A stretch of DNA of 64,000 nucleotides, taken from an uncultured Eubacteriaceae bacterium. Lineage in GTDB: Bacteria > Bacillota > Clostridia > Lachnospirales > Lachnospiraceae. Position 1 is the first letter of the stretch. Each line of letters begins with the position of its first letter. Location: the NCBI GenBank assembly GCA_945938055.1, contig CAMEUH010000001.1:1807-65806 (forward strand). The letters are read 5' to 3'. Below the pieces are notes generated by a model. That model made no database searches, was not told where the DNA came from, and saw only the letters and a list, made by a program, of their open reading frames with translations. The translations under genes and the position numbers were made by a program. Of the stretch, positions 42,267 to 49,322 are shown one piece after another.

Positions 42267-42886
42267 TGTCCCACTTCTCCAATCAAGTATAATGCAATTA
42301 CTGCCATGAAACATCCCACGCAGCGTAAAATCCAGCTTATTACTTTTCCGTCCCGGAACGCATATATTCCATCAAACAAGCCAAATAAGTTATATTTGTG
42401 TCCCGATTCACCTGCATACTCCAATGCCAGATATCTCCACTCACAAATTGCGAGACAGCCCGATGCCAGAAGTCCTGCCCGCATATTTTTCAGCCACTTC
42501 CATATTACATAAAATACAGCTGCAAAAATATTAGAGAGGAACACGATTCCAATCATTGCCACAATCATGTGGTATGATATCCCCATCATCACCGTAAAAC
42601 AAAAGACAACCATAATAAAAGGAAGCATCATTACCGGAAACAGATTCACCTGCCACAGCCATATACTTAATTTCTTCTCACCCTTTTCCGCCAGCATGTA
42701 TGCCCAGTAAATCATACAGGATGGAATTACAAGCATCATGGCATACGGAAGACTTGCCCATTCAAAAAATAACGTCGAAAAGAAATACCATAACTCTACC
42801 AGTAACACAGAAATACAGGTTACTATTACCGCACGCCGGGGCTTTTTCCCATATTCTTTTAATAAGTCATTTTTTAGCAAATTCAT
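42191..42886 (-). CDS. Polytopic membrane protein, unknown function
   Basis: About 6 hydrophobic helices. ATG 42886 lies 2 nt after the upstream stop. Confidence 0.7.
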   Translation of the reverse strand: MNLLKNDLLKEYGKKPRRAVIVTCISVLLVELWYFFSTLFFEWASLPYAMMLVIPSCMIYWAYMLAEKGEKKLSIWLWQVNLFPVMMLPFIMVVFCFTVMMGISYHMIVAMIGIVFLSNIFAAVFYVIWKWLKNMRAGLLASGCLAICEWRYLALEYAGESGHKYNLFGLFDGIYAFRDGKVISWILRCVGCFMAVIALYLIGEVGQWCFFRMKNWYAGLLKNKTGGRGKN

Positions 42887-42888
42887 TT

Positions 42889-44472
42889 TCACCAGTCTTC
42901 CACACTCCAATTCGTAAATCCAAAGCTATGTGTCATTGAGTACATAATATTTTCGAAGGAGCCGGTAAAATACTCCTTTCCGCAACAGTAATTCGAGTAA
43001 GAATAATCATTTCTGGATGCCACAATCCAGTCCCTTCCACTTAAATCCACCTCAAATCCACCATATAATTCAATAATTTCCTGATACTTCTTTTGTGCTT
43101 CCTTTTCTGTCATTAACAACTTAGGATATACAATCCTTGCCTCCCCCACCTGTGTTTCCCCGATACACATTCCTCCAAGAAAAGTACATCCCGTTGCAAC
43201 TCCTTCAAATTCATTGTTCCCGACTTTTTCCAAATTGCAGTATACCTCGTAATCCGCATTCACCCTCGCATGAAATTTAATTTGCTCTTCATTAACTCTT
43301 TTGGAATAATCACAACTGGATTCAAAATAATATGGTTCATATGACACAAAAACATCCCACACTCCCGGAAGCGGGTAATAACGATAATATTCCGGAAGAT
43401 ATGTATAAGAGGTCTCTGACATAAAAACCGGAGTTGCCCCGCGATATTCCATATAAATTTCCTGCACATGCGAAAGTCCATCCGCCTCCATTCCTGCATA
43501 TACCGTTACATAATCTCCCACCACCGAATACTCCATCGGATTACCTTTCTCATCTGTTATTTTCTCAATCTCATATTCATGATATAGCGTAAACAAATAC
43601 TGTTCCAGTTGAGTATCTTCCAGGGTCATTCTTACCTTCATCGCAGTACTTCTCCCCGGTGTAATTTCCATATCATATTCACAAACCTTAAAAGTATCTG
43701 TTTCCAGGCGCATGGCTTCAATTTCTTCTTTTGCAGGGACATCTTCACGAATATAATAAAATTTATCCTTATGTAAGCTGTCTGCTATCGGCAATTTCCC
43801 CGACCCGCCAGGCGTTTCATCTGCCACTGCAATCCAATACTCATTCTGTGGCAATGCTGACAGTCCTAGGAATACAACTGCTGCCATAAAAATCGGCATT
43901 CCTATTTTCCATCTCCTATCAACCATAAATAATACCGCTATCTCTGCAAACATCCACCAGCACAAAATTTGCCAATGTGCCGCTGTCACATAAAACGGAT
44001 TGTATGGATTAATATACATATCCGGAGCATGCTCATATTTCGGAAGAATCATGAACATTTTACTAATCAATGCATTAAATTCTATTGCAAATCCATTCCA
44101 CGAAGTTACACCAAACAAGACTATGTCAAAGTAGAATAAGCTGCCCAGAATCATCAGCACGCATACTGCCACAAAATCATTTTTTATCCGGCTGCAAATC
44201 TTGCCCAGCCCCCATGCAATGCAGGAAACCAGCACCACATTCGCCAGAATCGCCGCAAAAATTCTCAGAACAATCTCCGCATAAAGACATTCGCCCTTAA
44301 AAAGCTCCCAGATACACGCAGCTGCGTATAAAAGAAATTCGGTTTCCAAAAGTCCCGCCAGTATTTTCTTTTCTCTTTGAAACCGGCATAAAAAACCACC
44401 AAAAAGAAATATGACAAAGCCATAATTTCCACATTCCAGAATCAGCCGGATATTCTCCAAAGCTACTTTCAT
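42889..44472 (-). CDS. Membrane protein: ~6 TM N-terminal half plus ~300-aa extracytoplasmic Tyr/Glu-rich domain
   Basis: 527-aa ORF behind AAGGTGGTGA RBS. No recognisable catalytic motif. Confidence 0.7.
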   Translation of the reverse strand: MKVALENIRLILECGNYGFVIFLFGGFLCRFQREKKILAGLLETEFLLYAAACIWELFKGECLYAEIVLRIFAAILANVVLVSCIAWGLGKICSRIKNDFVAVCVLMILGSLFYFDIVLFGVTSWNGFAIEFNALISKMFMILPKYEHAPDMYINPYNPFYVTAAHWQILCWWMFAEIAVLFMVDRRWKIGMPIFMAAVVFLGLSALPQNEYWIAVADETPGGSGKLPIADSLHKDKFYYIREDVPAKEEIEAMRLETDTFKVCEYDMEITPGRSTAMKVRMTLEDTQLEQYLFTLYHEYEIEKITDEKGNPMEYSVVGDYVTVYAGMEADGLSHVQEIYMEYRGATPVFMSETSYTYLPEYYRYYPLPGVWDVFVSYEPYYFESSCDYSKRVNEEQIKFHARVNADYEVYCNLEKVGNNEFEGVATGCTFLGGMCIGETQVGEARIVYPKLLMTEKEAQKKYQEIIELYGGFEVDLSGRDWIVASRNDYSYSNYCCGKEYFTGSFENIMYSMTHSFGFTNWSVEDW

Positions 44473-44486
44473 AAGTCACCACCTTT

Positions 44487-45242
44487 TTAGAAGAATTTAA
44501 GTTCTGCAATACGAAATTCTCCATTCACCAGTTCAAATCGCACGCTCATTGAATAATCCGGGTTTCCCGGCTGCCCGCTTACGCGATAAACCACTTGAAC
44601 CCAGTCCTTCCCATCCTCCACCTCAATCCGGTTATCCGTATCAATTGATATCTCTGCAACACCGATGAGCTCTGAATACATCTCACCTTCATAGCAGAAA
44701 TAATAACCCGTTTCCAGAATCTTTTTCTTTTTCTCCGGCGTAAATGTTGTATCCAAAAAAGCTTCATACTGCTCCATATCAGTAAAGCACTCACTTTTCA
44801 GCTTCCAGGCATTTTCTACCATGGCTCCATTTCTATATACCGTTCCCTGACTCTTTGCCAAGCTGGCTGTCTTCATCTCACTACGATAAATCATGTAATG
44901 ATCAACCAAATCCGCAAACTCTTTATAAATGCTTTCTAATTCCTGCTCCGTCTTTCCTGTAAGCAAGGTATCTTCTGTATTACTATTCAAATTACCATCC
45001 ACCAGAAATTCATCCTCAGTAACTGTCTGGGAAACCTGATTTTCTATTGTCTGCTCCATTCCGGGTTGTGCCAGTCTTCCATGTAGCAACAAAATATTAC
45101 CCATAATAAAAATACAGAATGTAGCCACAACCGGAAAATATGATTCACGTTTATACTCACTTTCCATCAGCCCCGCTTCGTCCAGGATTCGATTAATTTC
45201 TTGTTTCATTTTTCTTCTGCCAGGATACTTAATAACACTCAC
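44487..45242 (-). CDS. Single-pass membrane protein, unknown function (first gene of the ECF-sigma operon)
   Basis: TM FPVVATFCIFIMGNILLLHG after a ~35-aa cytoplasmic head. No zinc anti-sigma HxxxCxxC motif. Start uncertain (GTG 45242 or ATG 45209). Confidence 0.65.
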   Translation of the reverse strand: MSVIKYPGRRKMKQEINRILDEAGLMESEYKRESYFPVVATFCIFIMGNILLLHGRLAQPGMEQTIENQVSQTVTEDEFLVDGNLNSNTEDTLLTGKTEQELESIYKEFADLVDHYMIYRSEMKTASLAKSQGTVYRNGAMVENAWKLKSECFTDMEQYEAFLDTTFTPEKKKKILETGYYFCYEGEMYSELIGVAEISIDTDNRIEVEDGKDWVQVVYRVSGQPGNPDYSMSVRFELVNGEFRIAELKFF

Positions 45243-45292
45243 CTTCTTTATCTCTTTGTAATCTTATACGTATCAAAGCTCCAAAAAGTTTT

Positions 45293-45349
45293 AAAAACAA
45301 AATAAAACCATCTATCAAAATTATACCACAAAATTTGATAGATGGTTTT
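45293..45349 (-). terminator. Strong rho-independent terminator or attenuator upstream of the ECF-sigma operon
   Basis: Minus strand AAAACCATCTATCAAA-loop-TTTGATAGATGGTTTT followed by ATTTTGTTTTT. Confidence 0.8.
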
Positions 45350-45489
45350 CGTCGCAATCCATTCGACCAATTGGTCACGCTCACGTTAGATATACTTCTT
45401 CTATTTCCCACTCATAGAATAAATATGTATCAGCCGAATGGATGCATGATAATATTCACACTAAAAGCCCAAAATGTCCATTAAAAAAT

Positions 45490-45510
45490 GGAAACTTTTA
45501 AAATTCCACA
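45490..45510. repeat. 21-bp motif GGAAACTTTTAAAATTCCACA, copy A
   Basis: Exact 21-mer shared with 48648-48668, and inverted at 47366-47386. Confidence 0.9.
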
Positions 45511-45531
45511 AATCTATCAGAACATATTGTT

Positions 45532-46137
45532 CTAATTCAATTGATAATTTAAACCAAGGTTCCAATAATCATTAGCTTTTGTAACCAAATACTTCAAAGA
45601 CTCTCTATTTTGTATTAAGAAGTTTTTGTATTCTTCACTTTCTGAATCGTCCTCAAAATCCATTGTATACAATGAATTCATATTTTCATCCACCTCAAAC
45701 CACCCATCATACAAATTGATCTTTCCTGAATAGTAGATTTCTTCATTTCCTATATTAATGGGAAATTTGTACTGTTCTAATTCACTTATATAAGATATCC
45801 CATATGCATATTCCCCTAATAGTGTCTCTTTGACAGTTAATGAAATATCTATATATGTATCCTTTTCCTTCCAATAGACATTCTGCAAGGTCATTCGAAC
45901 TGCCGATTCCGGGCACAACAAGCTATACAATCTGATAATCTCTATTTTTATATTTTCAGACTGTTCCTGATAATAGTTCAACTCATCATTGACATATATA
46001 AGTGGGAAATCTGACAAATTTTCTGTATAACGCCGATTCTTAATTCCCAAGAAAATCACATATAGAAAAGCAATTATTACAACAGTAATCAGCAGATATT
46101 TGATTTTCTTTTTATTACAACCATTTCTAATATCCAT
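45532..46137 (-). CDS. Single-pass (N-in) membrane protein, paralog of 46160-46810
   Basis: TM LLITVVIIAFLYVIFLGI. Shares LQNVYWKEKDTYIDISL and EEYKNFLIQNRESL...DYWNLGL with its neighbour. Confidence 0.75.
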   Translation of the reverse strand: MDIRNGCNKKKIKYLLITVVIIAFLYVIFLGIKNRRYTENLSDFPLIYVNDELNYYQEQSENIKIEIIRLYSLLCPESAVRMTLQNVYWKEKDTYIDISLTVKETLLGEYAYGISYISELEQYKFPINIGNEEIYYSGKINLYDGWFEVDENMNSLYTMDFEDDSESEEYKNFLIQNRESLKYLVTKANDYWNLGLNYQLN

Positions 46138-46159
46138 TTTACTCTCCTTGTATTTACCA

Positions 46160-46810
46160 CTAAAAACGGCAAGTCATATCCAAGTTCCAATAATAATTGA
46201 TTCTTTCTATAATTTTCTCAAAAGCTTCTCTGTTTTGAAGCAAAAAATTCTCATATTCCTCAATCTCCATATCCGTTAACACTTCATCTGAATAAACATG
46301 TAATATAACAGAATCTTGATTAATTTCAAAATGCCCTTTATTTATATATTCCGGTTTAATATACTGATAAACAGTATCTCCTTCTTCTATCAAAGATTTT
46401 TTATCTATTGGCAAACAACTTTCGTAATTAACAAGATATCTAAATTTCCCCGTCAAATCTTCTTGAATTTGAATACCAATGGTTATGTAATCATCTTTTT
46501 CTTCCCAATATACATTATCAAGAGATATTTTAACTACAGCCATCGGCTTATTCTTCAAAGAAAACTTAAACAAATTCCAGATTTCAATTGTGAAATCCCC
46601 CACTTTTTCTTTGTAATGAGAATCACGCGGTGTCGAAACATAAATTGAATAGTTATTTACCTTGCTTATATACCGTTCATTTCTAATTTTTAGATAATAA
46701 CTATAGCAAATAAACAACGCAACTATAATAATTATTGAAAAACATACTATTTTATCATAAAATAATTTTTTATTTTCTTGTTTTTCACATGCTATTTTTT
46801 TATGCATCAT
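46160..46810 (-). CDS. Single-pass (N-in) membrane protein, paralog of 45532-46137
   Basis: TM IVCFSIIIIVALFICYSYYL. Motifs LDNVYWEEKDDYITIGI and EEYENFLLQNREAF...NYYWNLDM. Confidence 0.75.
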   Translation of the reverse strand: MMHKKIACEKQENKKLFYDKIVCFSIIIIVALFICYSYYLKIRNERYISKVNNYSIYVSTPRDSHYKEKVGDFTIEIWNLFKFSLKNKPMAVVKISLDNVYWEEKDDYITIGIQIQEDLTGKFRYLVNYESCLPIDKKSLIEEGDTVYQYIKPEYINKGHFEINQDSVILHVYSDEVLTDMEIEEYENFLLQNREAFEKIIERINYYWNLDMTCRF

Positions 46811-46858
46811 CTGACCCCTTTACTATTAATATATGAACGGTAATGACTGCCACTTAAT

Positions 46859-47189
46859 TTATTTATATACAATTTGAAAGTAATATTCATTTCCAGAATA
46901 TGCATTACAATATACCTTATTGGTACTAATGTCATATCCATATACAATCTCTCCAATAATTGTATCATCCGTAGAATAGTACAAAAAATAGTGTTTTTCC
47001 CATGATTGATTAAATTGCAAATTGCTGCCCTCTATCTGCATTACAGAAACGGTAGCCCTACTATTCCTCATATTCTACTTCTGTTGTGTTTTCATATGCA
47101 TAGACACAATTGCTGTTTGTAACCACTAATAACAGTGCTATTATTACAATACCCAATAACAAATACTTTTTACATAAATTTAATCTCAT
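46859..47189 (-). pseudogene. Frameshifted paralog of the 116-aa secreted protein (signal-peptide ORF 47061-47189 plus 70-aa ORF 46859-47071)
   Basis: Hand-translated MRLNLCKKYLLLGIVIIALLLVVTNSNCVYAYENTTEVEYEE-stop overlaps, at +1, the ORF MRNSRATVSVMQIEGSN...FLYYSTDDTIIG. The latter resembles RVRVFANLTVQDSSN...IVYYTITDCVG of 48225-48575. Confidence 0.55.
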
Positions 47190-47365
47190 AAATATAATCC
47201 TATATTATTTTTTACTCTCCAAATATGAAATTCTTCATCTTCTTATTCTTAGAAGAATATCTTGCATCAGTGCCAAATTCATTTCGTTTATAGTATGAAC
47301 GCCCACAAAAATGAAATATTTCGTTCTAAACATATAACATTCTTCTTAACTTTTCCATCAAAATA

Positions 47366-47386
47366 TGTGGAATTTTAAAAGTTTCC
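47366..47386. repeat. 21-bp motif, copy C (inverted)
   Basis: TGTGGAATTTTAAAAGTTTCC is the exact reverse complement of copies A and B. Confidence 0.9.
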
Positions 47387-47516
47387 AGCTATTTTTCTTT
47401 ATTCTCAAAAAGATATTTATTCAACGGCATAATATCACGGATTCCATCTTGGTACTAAAACGATTACTTTGACCATTGTCTCTTTCCATCTTTTTAACCC
47501 AACAATATTATCAGTC

Positions 47517-47557
47517 ATAAAAACAGCTGCCCGTAACTCTTACAATTACGGGCAGCT
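47517..47557 (-). terminator. Rho-independent terminator after the 220-aa HTH-TM gene
   Basis: Minus strand AGCTGCCCGTAA-loop-TTACGGGCAGCT followed by GTTTTTATG, 4 nt after the stop. Confidence 0.75.
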
Positions 47558-47561
47558 CTCT

Positions 47562-48224
47562 TTAGTTTACATCGCAATAGTTCACTTCGACATACGCCAC
47601 ATATTGAGTCCCTTCCTTATTATAATAGACTCGCATAGTCAAGATACTTTCTTCCTCATTGATATCCATCTGATATTCAATAATCTTAATCACATCAGGA
47701 GAAATAATTTCTAAAACCTCAGCATCCACAATTTGATTGTCCTCCTGATAAGTGAGAATATCAATCCAAATCTGTTTATCAGGGCATTGTATCATCTGTC
47801 TGATTTCCCAAGATAAATCTTCTTGCTTTTGTATATAAAAGATTTCTCTTTTATACTTCTCCTTAGAATGAAGCGGAAAAAATTTTAAATAGCATTCAAT
47901 TACCAATATGAAACATAAGACACCAACCAGAACACATAAGGTAATCACCATAATTTTCTGATTTCTCTCTTTTTGTTCTTTATTTTCTATGTGATCTTCA
48001 TTAATCCTTCCATTAAGCAAAGCTTCCGGTTTAATATTTAGTTCTTCACATAGTCTGGTAAAATTTGACATGCTTGGAAAAGAATTCTCATTTTCCCATT
48101 TGCTGATTTGCGACTTGCTTACCCCCATCTTCTTCGCAACATCTTCCTGCGTTTTACCGATTAGCTTTCTTCTTTCCCTTATATTGCTTCCAACAACACT
48201 CACGTACTCATCCATATTTTTCAT
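47562..48224 (-). CDS. Membrane-tethered XRE-family HTH protein with extracytoplasmic C-terminal domain
   Basis: HTH IGKTQEDVAKKMGVSKSQISKWEN, TM IMVITLCVLVGVLCFILVI, ~110-aa C-terminal domain. Start abuts the stop of the secreted-protein gene. Confidence 0.8.
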   Translation of the reverse strand: MKNMDEYVSVVGSNIRERRKLIGKTQEDVAKKMGVSKSQISKWENENSFPSMSNFTRLCEELNIKPEALLNGRINEDHIENKEQKERNQKIMVITLCVLVGVLCFILVIECYLKFFPLHSKEKYKREIFYIQKQEDLSWEIRQMIQCPDKQIWIDILTYQEDNQIVDAEVLEIISPDVIKIIEYQMDINEEESILTMRVYYNKEGTQYVAYVEVNYCDVN

Positions 48225-48575
48225 TTAGATATTAATATACACGCTTTCATTGCAATGATTTGTTCCATAATAATATTCAAGATCAACAAATACTTGTGTT
48301 CCATTACTTGTTATGCAACTACTTACTACATTGATGTCTCTCACAGCCAATATGCCGACACAGTCAGTAATAGTATAATATACTATAGTATTGCTACTAT
48401 CCTGTACAGTAAGATTAGCAAATACTCTTACCCTTCCCGAATCCGTTATTGCTGAGCTTTCATACTTTAAAATTGTCCATGTTGAAATACTATTTGCATA
48501 GACATTAATTGGGGTAGCGTTAATTCCCATTACCATAACCATTGCAATGCAAACCGCTTTTAAAAATTTCTTCAT
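48225..48575 (-). CDS. Small secreted Cys-containing protein, unknown function
   Basis: Signal peptide MKKFLKAVCIAMVMVMGINATPINVYA, strong AAGGAGAG RBS, 3 Cys in the mature part. Confidence 0.75.
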   Translation of the reverse strand: MKKFLKAVCIAMVMVMGINATPINVYANSISTWTILKYESSAITDSGRVRVFANLTVQDSSNTIVYYTITDCVGILAVRDINVVSSCITSNGTQVFVDLEYYYGTNHCNESVYINI

Positions 48576-48647
48576 AAATATCTCTCCTTTTTATATATTT
48601 TGTAGTGATAATTTTAGTTAAAGTACAAAAAATTTCCATTAAAAATC

Positions 48648-48668
48648 GGAAACTTTTAAAATTCCACA
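48648..48668. repeat. 21-bp motif, copy B
   Basis: Exact GGAAACTTTTAAAATTCCACA, 73 nt upstream of the secreted-protein start codon. The flanking TCCATTAAAAA is also shared with copy A. Confidence 0.9.
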
Positions 48669-48691
48669 TTTTTTAAGGAATATTTAGCATG

Positions 48692-49285
48692 TTAATGAAT
48701 CCATTTCAATTCATTATTCCTTTGAATTGAAGCAACGAAACCAGAAGAATTCACCTTACTATTCGAAAGCTTAAAATAAAAATGAATCTTAACAACATCC
48801 CCTTGCTTTAACCCCGCACAGGATTCTCCTAACCGATCATTAATTTTAATTTCATACCGGCTTTCTACTTGTTCTTCATTGATCGGATTTCTTATCTTTA
48901 CAGTCAATCTGTCATCCTCATAAGAAACAACTGTGCATATCATATAGTTATGCATCACAAATTGATTATACCAGTTCCCCACAAGAATGACACAGCAATT
49001 CAGCACAATCAGAATAATCACTGTAACGATTAAGCCATGAATCCTTCTATCCATCTTCCTTTCCTTATCATTCTCTCTTTTTCCGCCATGGAACACTTCC
49101 TCCGCTGATATTCCAAGAGCCGCAGCTGCTTTAAGACACATATCCACATCCATCTCAACCTCGCCCTTTTCGATACCGCACATTGTTACAGAAGAAATAT
49201 TCATGATTTCTGCCATTTCTTCCTGGGAAATATGCTTTTCTTTTCGCTTTTTTATTAAAAATTTAACCAGTTCCCTATCATCCAT
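48692..49285 (-). CDS. Membrane-tethered XRE-family HTH protein (second copy, divergent C-terminal domain)
   Basis: HTH ISQEEMAEIMNISSVTMCGIEKGE, TM LIVTVIILIVLNCCVILV, ~95-aa C-terminal domain. Confidence 0.8.
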   Translation of the reverse strand: MDDRELVKFLIKKRKEKHISQEEMAEIMNISSVTMCGIEKGEVEMDVDMCLKAAAALGISAEEVFHGGKRENDKERKMDRRIHGLIVTVIILIVLNCCVILVGNWYNQFVMHNYMICTVVSYEDDRLTVKIRNPINEEQVESRYEIKINDRLGESCAGLKQGDVVKIHFYFKLSNSKVNSSGFVASIQRNNELKWIH

Positions 49286-49322
49286 TCGTATCTCCTACCG
49301 CAAAAGGGAATCTTCATATCTT

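Noticed and set aside
45229-45411. 60-aa minus-strand ORF in the leader of the ECF operon
   Set aside because: It has a GTG start without an RBS and reads straight through the 16-bp terminator hairpin. The RNA-structure interpretation is preferred.
47061-47189. The 42-aa signal-peptide ORF as a dedicated quorum-sensing pro-peptide gene
   Set aside because: The idea is attractive given nearby HTH regulators. However, the downstream +1 ORF resembles the mature part of the neighbouring 116-aa secreted protein, and the regulators lack TPR (RRNPP-type) domains. A frameshifted paralog is the more economical reading.
45243-49322. Calling the AT-rich island a prophage, ICE or transposon
   Set aside because: No integrase, transposase, recombinase, phage structural gene, tRNA attachment site or flanking direct repeat was found. 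Only the composition shift and lineage-specific genes support horizontal origin.
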